In this document: piece after piece, positions 39,182-47,552 of the stretch
Position numbering within the stretch: the stretch's first letter is position 1
How the letters are laid out: each line of letters begins with the position of its first letter
Source: an uncultured Pirellulales bacterium
Lineage (GTDB): Bacteria; Planctomycetota; Phycisphaerae; Sedimentisphaerales; SM23-30
Reading direction: 5' to 3'
Assembly (NCBI GenBank): GCA_964580995.1
Contig: CAZOMV010000018.1
Location: 55-64,054, forward strand
DNA: 64,000 nucleotides
Notes under the pieces: generated by a model
What the model saw: the letters and a program-made list of their open reading frames with translations, nothing else
What the model was told of the DNA's origin: nothing
Database searches by the model: none
Position numbers and translations under genes: made by a program

Positions 39182-39853
39182 ATGCGAAGAAAAAGAGCGA
39201 AAATATTAGTTGGAGTATTGCAAGTTATTCTGTTTTCCGGACTTGCGTCGCTTTGTTTATATGGCACGATGGTTATTGCCGCACCGGAGCCGGCGTTGGT
39301 ACCGCCGCCGGGAACGTGGCAACTGGATCTGGAATTGCATGGGGAACCCCAGCAGATTTCTATTACTATGCCAGGTGACAGCCAGCCGCGGCGATTCTGG
39401 TATCTGCTCTATACGATTACCAACAAGACGGGCCAGGATGTTGATTTGATCCCCCAGTTTGACCTGTACACGGATACTTTTCAGATTCGGCAAGCGGGGG
39501 TAAAGGTTCGGCGACCGGTTTTTGAGGCAATTCGGGACCGATATGCCAATTCGATTCCACTGCTGGAGCCGCAAAGCATGGTAACGGGCAGGATTTTGCA
39601 GAATGGGGATAATGCCCGTGATTCGGTGGCGATTTTTGAGGATTTTGACCCGAATGCGACGAGTGTGAAGATTTTTATTGCGGGTCTGAGCAATGAGACG
39701 GTAACGATTAAATCGCCATTAGTTTCGCAAGATAATTCAAAAGAGTTCTTGCTTCGCAAGACTTTAATGTTAGAATACCAAGTTCCAGGTGATCGTTATA
39801 ACCTGGATAAGCGGGTGATGCTGTATCGCAACCGTGAATGGATTATGCGATAA
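39182..39853 (+). CDS. hypothetical membrane-anchored/secreted protein
   Basis: [28 protein letters not shown] signal/anchor. No family recognised. Confidence 0.6.
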   Translation: MRRKRAKILVGVLQVILFSGLASLCLYGTMVIAAPEPALVPPPGTWQLDLELHGEPQQISITMPGDSQPRRFWYLLYTITNKTGQDVDLIPQFDLYTDTFQIRQAGVKVRRPVFEAIRDRYANSIPLLEPQSMVTGRILQNGDNARDSVAIFEDFDPNATSVKIFIAGLSNETVTIKSPLVSQDNSKEFLLRKTLMLEYQVPGDRYNLDKRVMLYRNREWIMR

Positions 39854-39907
39854 CGAACCGCGGACAGGCAAGCGAAAAATAGATAAGTTATTATTATAGG
39901 AATAGTT

Positions 39908-40147
39908 ATGGCACATAAAAAAGGACAAGGTTCATCAAGGAATGGTCGCGACAGCAATCCCCAGTATCGGGGTTTAAAGGCGTTTGGCGGCCAGGTAGTA
40001 AAGGCGGGTTCCATTATCGTACGCCAGTGCGGGACGCCGTTTAAGCCCGGGAAAAATGTTGGAATCGGCAGAGATAATACCCTGTATGCCCTGAGTGAGG
40101 GCAAGGTAGAATTTCAGGGCCGGCGAGTACATGTAGTAGTGGCGTAG
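39908..40147 (+). CDS. rpmA: 50S ribosomal protein L27
   Basis: [24 protein letters not shown]... is a canonical L27 N-terminus. Confidence 0.95.
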   Translation: MAHKKGQGSSRNGRDSNPQYRGLKAFGGQVVKAGSIIVRQCGTPFKPGKNVGIGRDNTLYALSEGKVEFQGRRVHVVVA

Positions 40148-40300
40148 CTGGCCAGGTTGCAGTTGAATTGCAGCATGGAAATCGGCCGATCTACTATAAA
40201 GGTTATATTGGCAGGTGTTTGCGGCGATTCAGAAGAAATAGTTGAGTTTAATGAGAGCGGCAAAGAGGCTGCTCTCTTTTTTTTAGGTAGATTTTGGTAA

Positions 40301-41338
<1,038 letters not shown>

Positions 41339-41444
41339 TTGGTTTATAAGCAGTTATATTCGAGTTGGTATAGTCCTATAACCAATTCAGATTATAACGA
41401 ATGGGTAAGATGGGGCAATTGGGTAACTTTGATAAATGTTGAAT

Positions 41445-41515
41445 AAAGTATAGCAAAAGATGAAGGAAATGATGTAAAACATGGGTAAAACATATATAAA
41501 AGTATAGCAAAAGAT
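41445..41515 (+). repeat. exact 17-mer direct repeat, AAAGTATAGCAAAAGAT x2
   Basis: Copies at 41445-41461 and 41499-41515. Embedded in GGGTAA-type word repeats. Confidence 0.8.
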
Positions 41516-41630
41516 AGGTAAAAGTGGATGGTATTGGCACGTGGAAAGGGCCAAGAGGCCCGTTTTCGCGCCGCGGACGCTTGACCCAACCGACGCTCAC
41601 GCTGTTCGCTGCCATAACCAATTCGATGAG

Positions 41631-41706
41631 GGAAATTGCCCAGATTGACATCATGAAAAGATCGGACATATCTGAAAAATGAGACAGGTCGGACTTGTCG
41701 GACGAG
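41631..41706 (+). repeat. 63-nt repeat, copy A, with a GTCGGAC tandem tail
   Basis: ATTGCCCAGATTGACATCATGAAAAGATCGGACATATCTGAAAAATGAGACAGGTCGGACTTGTCGGAC. About 85% identical by eye to copy B. Confidence 0.8.
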
Positions 41707-41916
41707 GAACAAAAAGAAGTGTGAAGGTGAGAAAGTGCGAAAGGGGGTGGGGGAGAATTTGAACAAAAGGCAAGGAAGGGTACTGTGCGCAGGACGGATC
41801 GGCGTTGCCGGTGGAAGCTGGCATAGGGGGTGTTTTCCGCAATGTATCCCGCAAAGACGCAAAGGCGCCAAGGGGGGAAGGAAAGTACGAGTTGTGAATT
41901 ACGAATTAAGGGAGGG

Positions 41917-41979
41917 GAAGATTGCCTAAATTAACATCATGAAAAGTCGGACATAGCTGACAAATCGGACAGGTCGGAC
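41917..41979 (+). repeat. 63-nt repeat, copy B
   Basis: ATTGCCTAAATTAACATCATGAAAAGTCGGACATAGCTGACAAATCGGACAGGTCGGAC. Same orientation, 286 bp after copy A. Confidence 0.8.
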
Positions 41980-42274
41980 GGGGAAAAAGAATTTTAACCA
42001 CGAAGATCACCGAGGGCACGAAGGGGGGGAAGATGACAGCACGGACTAACACGGACTGGTACGGACACAGGGCAAGAAAGGGCAGTAGGCAGGGGGACGC
42101 TGCGCGAGAACAGTTGAGCAGGAGATCAGGGGAGCAGGTGAGAAGAAACAAAAGTCCGGCTCGGGCGCATGGGATGCCGGTTTCCCCCCGTGGCTGGCGC
42201 GGGGCGGAGGGGCCGACGGGATGAGACGGGGTATGCGGAAAAGGAGGGCCAGGGGGATTAAAAATATTAATGAA

Positions 42275-42303
42275 TTGACAAGGGGAGGAAATTGGGGGAG
42301 AAT
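42275..42303 (+). promoter_or_regulatory. putative promoter of the 1221-aa gene, TTGACA-N17-GAGAAT
   Basis: AT-rich UP-like stretch, then ATTGACAAGGGG. About 110 nt upstream of the ATG at 42414. The same 12-mer recurs at 47321. Confidence 0.35.
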
Positions 42304-42413
42304 CAGGGTCAGAATCGGAGATGTGCGGTGTTAATGCAAAAAAAAGATGGCAAGGAAAAGGGTATTTTATTTAGCCACCGGGATTGGGGCGAAAATTAAT
42401 AGTGTAGGTTAAA

Positions 42414-45400
42414 ATGCTTGAAGATTCGGATAGGCAAGAACTAAAAAAACGATTAAAGGAAATTGATGCTTCGGGATCAGTACCAGAACTGTACGAGGGG
42501 GCAGTTCAAATCATAGTCGATACAAATTTTCCTGCGGAAGCCAAAGTCCGATTTGTTGCCCATGCAGCAAGAGAAATTTGCACTAGGTTACCTTCTATAG
42601 TATCAGGTAAAACTATTGAAAGAATTGAAATTCAGAAAACACTCAAAGAACTGAAAAGTATTTTAAAATTAGAAGGTTTAGAAAATTTTCAATATGCCGA
42701 AAATTTAAATCCGTCCGTTCAGAATGATTTAATATCTGTTTCTCCTATACTAATAGAAAAAGTTCATGATATTTGTAAGTTGAATGATAAGATTGATGAA
42801 AATAGAGTTAAAAAGGCGGAAGCCTTGATAACCGAATTAGTACCCGAACATAAACATAATACGAAAGAAATAATTCCACTTATTAACGAATTCAAAAAAC
42901 TGGAAGATTATTTTCAAAAGCATACGCATCTAAGAAATGAGTCTGCAAAAACAGACACAAATGAGTTGCAAGAGAAATTTTATTTACTTGAGAATTTTCT
43001 GCATTCTCTTTGCGGCTATTTTTATTCCGGATATGAAAAAATTCGTCAGATTATTAAAGAAGCGAATGAAACAAATTGTGAGCCGGATCAGAATTTGGTT
43101 AATCGTGCACTTGTCGCAATGGGAACACCACAGTTTCTCAGATATTTTTATGAAAATATTAAAAGCCCATATTGGCTGGAAGCATTGAGAGAAAAGGGGT
43201 GTTTCAAAAATCCTCCCGATGCGGAAAAGGTGGGTAATGGTACACGATACCGCCATTGGCCGCAGGGGAAATATCTGGTTGCTATGGCAGAAAAGAAACC
43301 GGAACAGGTATTAGAAATCATTAACGGTATTGAGACAGATAATGTTCTGGTGATGCGTGATTGTTTTCAGGTGTTGGGGGCCATGCCGTTGAGGGTGGTG
43401 GTGCAAGGGATGGGATTGGTTCGGCGATTTTTAGAAAAGGAAGATATCTATCACGAATGGTTTTCTATCGGGGAACTGGCGGCTGAATTGATGGTGAAGC
43501 TGTCCGAGGAGGGATACGCAGATGAGGCATTTTGGATAGCGGAAAAGCTGCTGGCAGTGGAGATAAAAGAAAGCAAACATTTTCGAAGCTGGCATGACCT
43601 GGAAGGGAAATTTTTGTCTCATGAATATGATGAACTGGTATTTAAGTATTTTAAGCCGCTGTGGGAAAAGGACAAGCAGGGATTTCGGATTGGCAAGTTA
43701 TTGATCGACATACTTGATCAGCAGATTGAAATAGAGAAAAAACGGAAAGAAACGGAAACGGTACCTCCCGAATTGGCGGCAAAATGGGATGAGATCCTTA
43801 AAGAAGAAGAGAATGCAGAAGAGGAAGAAGAGGATTCGGAAGAATATGATCCCACAGAACATTCCTATATAACCATGCCGTCCCTGGCAAAGTTGGGAAC
43901 CGGCAGGGATATTGCGGAAACCCTGGTGGCGGCGATTTGCCAAATTGGGCAATATTTGATGGAAAATGAAGATTCCGAAACAACACATTTATTACAATTC
44001 CTGGGCGAAAAACGGAAGAATATTTTTGATCGTATCCGGATCCATGTTTTGCAGTATGCCAAAAATGATAGTTGGATGAAAGATATTGAAACCATTCTTG
44101 CTAACGAAAATTACTATGCCAACTATCGAATTGCTGCGGAATTCAAAGATCTGCTGGTAGCCAAGTGGGAAGACATTTCAGGACCGATAAAGGAGCAATA
44201 TATTTCCTGGGCAGAAGGACAAGAAATTGATGATGTGAACCGGTTTAAAGAATGGTTTGTAGAAACGCGGAAACGTGAACCTGAGCCTTCCGATATCGAT
44301 GCTTACAATCATTATTTGAAAGCGCAGGCATTGTATTGCGTCAAAGATAAAGGAGACGTACGGGAAAAATATCAGATGCATTTGCGGGAAAGTAAACGTG
44401 AGGAAGATACTGTAAAACCACGAGATTGGGGAGCTGTTGAAACATATTCACCGTCGTCACCGGAATACAGTCCGATGAGTCTGGAAGAAATGCAAATAAA
44501 ATCACCAAAAGAGGTAATTGATTATATTCGAGATTACGATTCCAAACATGATGATAAAAAGGAAATCAATAAATATGGTTTCCCGGTGGATCGGAAAGGG
44601 GCGTTATCATCTGCACTGAGTAACGACTTAAAAAATCGCATGGCTGAATATCTAGAGGTGGATATTTCGGCCATAATAAAACTATCCCATATTTATATTC
44701 GTGATATTTTATATGCCGTTCGAGAGTTAATACAAAACAAAAGCATTGAGGGTCCGGATTGTGACAAGATTCTTGAATTGTGCCAGAAGGTATATGATTT
44801 AGGGAAAGACGATCTGAAATATCGCGAAGCTATGATAACTATTTCCCGGATTTTTGAACCGGTTTTCAAAGGGGATCATTATAAAGAGATTGTCAACCCA
44901 GACCACCTGCAAGCGATGTGGGCGATTTTAGCTTCTTTATTGGATTATAAATATGATTTAGAAAAAGAAGAGGAGGAGGAGGAGAATACTGGGGATGCCT
45001 TTGAGAAGGGTACCAATCGAGTAGGCGGCGTCGCACTTGAAAATATAATTAGTTTCGGTTTGTTCTGCAAAAATCATAAGCGGGATTTATATGACAATAC
45101 ATATTCTGTTTCGTTAAAGGAAAAATTACAGCATGTACTGGATAATATAGAACGCAGGGAAATTCTATGTGTGTTGGGAGTCTTTTTTGTAAATCTATGC
45201 TGGTTAGAGGGGGAATGGGTACAGGGTAAGGTAAATCAAATTTTTCCAGGGGGTGATGAGCAAAAATGGAGAGATATTTGGGGATCGTATTTAAGATGGA
45301 GCCGGCCGATCAAGTTATCGTTTGAGATAGCGAGGGGAAAGTATTTGTATGCGGTGGAGAAGGTGGAAAAAATAGCGGCTTCCGATAAGGAAGAAGATTA

Positions 45401-46079
45401 TTCCAATCGTCTGATGGAGCATGTGATGTTGGCGTATTGGCAAGGGTGGACGGGTTTAGAGGAAAATGGATTAGTGAGGAAAATGCTGGATAAGATGGAT
45501 GATGCCATGAAGGGGGAGGCTGCTCACTGGTTGGCGACAGGATTTGGGTATTTAAAAGAACATGGACAAGACGAATGGAAAGAAGGGGTGATAAAGCGGC
45601 TGCGGGATTATTGGGGATTGCGGTATCAAGTAATGGAGAAGGAGGCAGCGGCCCATCGGGAAGAGGCCAACGAATTTGCCGGGTGGGTGAAAGATTCACC
45701 TTTGGAAGCGGATGAGACTATGGCGCTTGCGGAAAAGGCGGTCCGGCTGGCAGGGGGAATTACCGGCCGCAACCGGGGTATAGCGGATTTTGTGGAGGGG
45801 ATATATGCTATTTCCGAAGGCAGGGAATTGCGAGTTTTGGAGTTATTGTTATATATTCTGGAACAGGCGATTGGCGATCCGAATAGAGAGATTTGGGAAT
45901 GGCAATATGAGAGAACAAAAGAAATATTGGTAAAATTTATGGATGGGATATTGGAATTGAAGGATGACACACAGATAAATGAGATTCGGAAAACGGCAAA
46001 AGAGGTGGCGGATATTTTGGGGCGGATGGGGTGTGAGTATCTGGAGGAGCATTACCGAAGATTGGCAGAGAAAGAATAG
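42414..46079 (+). CDS. orphan large all-helical protein (1221 aa), function unknown
   Basis: Uninterrupted 3.7-kb ORF in AT-rich DNA. Helix-rich, with two poly-Glu linkers. No P-loop, HExxH, HNH, DEAD or other catalytic motif seen. Confidence 0.85.
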   Translation: MLEDSDRQELKKRLKEIDASGSVPELYEGAVQIIVDTNFPAEAKVRFVAHAAREICTRLPSIVSGKTIERIEIQKTLKELKSILKLEGLENFQYAENLNPSVQNDLISVSPILIEKVHDICKLNDKIDENRVKKAEALITELVPEHKHNTKEIIPLINEFKKLEDYFQKHTHLRNESAKTDTNELQEKFYLLENFLHSLCGYFYSGYEKIRQIIKEANETNCEPDQNLVNRALVAMGTPQFLRYFYENIKSPYWLEALREKGCFKNPPDAEKVGNGTRYRHWPQGKYLVAMAEKKPEQVLEIINGIETDNVLVMRDCFQVLGAMPLRVVVQGMGLVRRFLEKEDIYHEWFSIGELAAELMVKLSEEGYADEAFWIAEKLLAVEIKESKHFRSWHDLEGKFLSHEYDELVFKYFKPLWEKDKQGFRIGKLLIDILDQQIEIEKKRKETETVPPELAAKWDEILKEEENAEEEEEDSEEYDPTEHSYITMPSLAKLGTGRDIAETLVAAICQIGQYLMENEDSETTHLLQFLGEKRKNIFDRIRIHVLQYAKNDSWMKDIETILANENYYANYRIAAEFKDLLVAKWEDISGPIKEQYISWAEGQEIDDVNRFKEWFVETRKREPEPSDIDAYNHYLKAQALYCVKDKGDVREKYQMHLRESKREEDTVKPRDWGAVETYSPSSPEYSPMSLEEMQIKSPKEVIDYIRDYDSKHDDKKEINKYGFPVDRKGALSSALSNDLKNRMAEYLEVDISAIIKLSHIYIRDILYAVRELIQNKSIEGPDCDKILELCQKVYDLGKDDLKYREAMITISRIFEPVFKGDHYKEIVNPDHLQAMWAILASLLDYKYDLEKEEEEEENTGDAFEKGTNRVGGVALENIISFGLFCKNHKRDLYDNTYSVSLKEKLQHVLDNIERREILCVLGVFFVNLCWLEGEWVQGKVNQIFPGGDEQKWRDIWGSYLRWSRPIKLSFEIARGKYLYAVEKVEKIAASDKEEDYSNRLMEHVMLAYWQGWTGLEENGLVRKMLDKMDDAMKGEAAHWLATGFGYLKEHGQDEWKEGVIKRLRDYWGLRYQVMEKEAAAHREEANEFAGWVKDSPLEADETMALAEKAVRLAGGITGRNRGIADFVEGIYAISEGRELRVLELLLYILEQAIGDPNREIWEWQYERTKEILVKFMDGILELKDDTQINEIRKTAKEVADILGRMGCEYLEEHYRRLAEKE

Positions 46080-46114
46080 GACCTATAGGACTTATGGGAC
46101 ATATGGGACATATG
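46075..46114 (+). repeat. tandem 9-mer repeat, (T/A)AT(A/G)GGAC(N) x4.5
   Basis: AATAGGACC TATAGGACT TATGGGACA TATGGGACA TATG. Spans the stop of the 1221-aa gene and the ATG of the next gene. Confidence 0.85.
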
Positions 46115-46723
46115 AAAAAATCGGAGAATCAAACCTTTATTCCACCTCACGGCAATTATCAGGAATTGCTTTCCTATCAGAAAGCCGAGGCGGTCTATGA
46201 TCTGACTTACCGATTCTGCCAGCGGTTTCTGACAAAAGGCGACCGTACCATCGACCAGATGGTACAGGCGGCCCGATCCGGCAAGCAGAACATTGTGGAA
46301 GGCAGCAAGGCATCCGGAACCTCCAAGGAGATGGAGATCAAGCTAACCAATGTGGCGCGGGCCAGCTTAGAGGAATTGCTGGAAGATTACCGCGATTATC
46401 TGCGTGTTCGGGAGCTGGCCGTCTGGGACAAGGATTCCAAAGAGGCGCACTATGTGCGGAAGCTGGGGAACCGGTCGAATACGACGTATGAGACTTATCG
46501 GGAATTTTGCGAAACCCGAGAGGCTGAGGTGGTGGCCAATATCGCCATTTGCCTGATTCACCAGGTGAACTATTTATTGGATCAGCAGATCCGACGGCTG
46601 GAGCAAGATTTTCTCAAGAACGGCGGCTTGCGCGAGCGGATGACCCGCACCCGTTTGCAGGTACGGAATGAGACGAATAGGCTATCCCCAAAGAAGCCCG
46701 GTCCTCATGGAAAGAACCCATGA
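46112..46723 (+). CDS. four-helix-bundle protein (23S rRNA IVS / Avd-like family) with C-terminal suffix domain
   Basis: SYQKAEAVYDLTYRFCQRF...QMVQAARSGKQNIVEG...EELLEDYRDYL, then a YLLDQQIRRLEQDFLKNGGLRERMTRTR tail. Upstream in-frame MGHMGH is encoded by the 9-mer repeat. Confidence 0.8.
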   Translation: MKKSENQTFIPPHGNYQELLSYQKAEAVYDLTYRFCQRFLTKGDRTIDQMVQAARSGKQNIVEGSKASGTSKEMEIKLTNVARASLEELLEDYRDYLRVRELAVWDKDSKEAHYVRKLGNRSNTTYETYREFCETREAEVVANIAICLIHQVNYLLDQQIRRLEQDFLKNGGLRERMTRTRLQVRNETNRLSPKKPGPHGKNP

Positions 46724-47020
46724 GTCGCCAGGATAAAATCCAGAAGCTGTTGCAGGTGCGGAGGATAAGCCGATTTCCGTATAAGCGTTTTTGCGGAATC
46801 TATTTGGCGCATTGCCCGAGTTTTTTAAAAGCGAAGATAAACGTCTGGACCAAAAACAATTTCAGGCACTCATATAAGCCTATATCTTCAGCGAACAAGA
46901 ACCATTACGCGAGGATATTTTTAAATGTCTCGATAACCGGCTGCAAGCCAAATCCATCGGCCAGCGGATCATCGACAAGATGAAACAGTTTGTCGATGTG
47001 TTTATTAGGGGGATGGCCGG

Positions 47021-47063
47021 ATAGGAGGACATAAAGGGCATATGGGCCAATAGGACGGGATGG
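47021..47063 (+). repeat. degenerate 9-10-mer word repeats related to 46075-46114
   Basis: ATAGGAGGAC ATAAAGGGC ATATGGGCC AATAGGACGG. An inverted relative (GGACATTGGTCCTATTATAGG) lies at about 47380-47400. Confidence 0.6.
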
Positions 47064-47111
47064 AAAATTACAGATTTGAAAATTGAGATTTGAGAGAAAG
47101 AGAAATCCTGG

Positions 47112-47131
47112 ATTCCTGCTTCCGCAGGAAT
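47112..47131. repeat. hairpin ATTCCTGC-TTCC-GCAGGAAT
   Basis: Perfect 8-bp inverted repeat. One frame reads ...PAFAGMT..., a repeat I recall from other bacteria. Confidence 0.55.
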
Positions 47132-47180
47132 GACCATCGGGCGGGGGAATGGAATATGGGGATGATGAATAGACGGGATG

Positions 47181-47214
47181 GAAGAGCACGGCCAAGATGG
47201 CTGTGGCACAATTC
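47181..47214 (+). repeat. dispersed hairpin repeat copy (GAAGAG-CACGGCC-AAGAT-GGCTGTG-GCACAATTC)
   Basis: Aligns with 21485-21517 and 54751-54783. Confidence 0.7.
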
Positions 47215-47430
47215 GAGGAGGAAAGAGCTGGCCAGGGGCCAGCGAGCCAGGAGGGAATTGCGCGAAAATGGCCGCTGGGAATGGCCAATAGTGCGCAAGG
47301 TAAAAAAAAATTTGTTGAGGATTGACAAGGGGTTACGGCGATTTCGGGGGAAAAAAATGGGGAAAACCTTGCGCAGTTGTGGACATTGGTCCTATTATAG
47401 GAAGGCAGGTTTTGCGAAGAAAAAAAGGGA

Positions 47431-47459
47431 TTGACAGCGGGTGGCCGGCTAGATAGACT
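47431..47459 (+). promoter_or_regulatory. putative promoter, TTGACA-N17-TAGACT
   Basis: Motif match about 95 nt upstream of the GTG at 47553. Confidence 0.35.
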
Positions 47460-47552
47460 GCGAAGGACAGAACAGTAAAGTATAGTACACCCCTGTTGTT
47501 TTGCCGCTGGTTTTTTTTGGCAGTTGATGTACGAAACGGAAAGGAGCGAATC

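Noticed and set aside
41631-41979. Possible CRISPR array or leader.
   Set aside because: There are only two repeat copies, 63 nt long and 286 bp apart, with imperfect identity and no cas genes in the window.
41392-42151. Minus-strand ORFs 41392-41871 and 41906-42151, and plus-strand ORFs 41735-41929 and 42033-42224.
   Set aside because: They are read-throughs of the word-repeat patchwork. Their peptide repeats mirror the DNA repeats, with no RBS and no protein-like composition.
42170-42260. Cluster of G-runs (possible G-quadruplex) before the module promoter. Other G7-G8 runs occur at about 107-115, 42023-42030 and 54714-54750.
   Set aside because: This is a pattern only. I cannot support folding or function from sequence, and G-runs are frequent in this GC-rich genome.
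46720-47010. 87-aa plus-strand ORF ATGA-coupled to the 4HB stop, and a more protein-like minus-strand reading (..KLFHLVDDPLADGFGLQPVIETFKNILA*WFLFAEDIGLYECLKLFLVQTFIFAFKKLGQCAK*).
   Set aside because: The plus-strand product is basic and lacks a hydrophobic pattern. The minus-strand reading is interrupted by two stops and has no start. It could be a decayed gene remnant belonging to the island, but I cannot assign it.
42414-47552. Diversity-generating retroelement (DGR) idea, raised because the gene order (large gene, then Avd-like 4HB) mimics target-avd-TR-RT.
   Set aside because: No reverse transcriptase is present (no YxDD-type ORF). By eye I found no template/variable repeat pair between the 3' end of the large gene and the 46.7-47.5 kb region. 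The large protein is all-helical rather than C-type-lectin-like. A formal TR/VR alignment would still be worth running.
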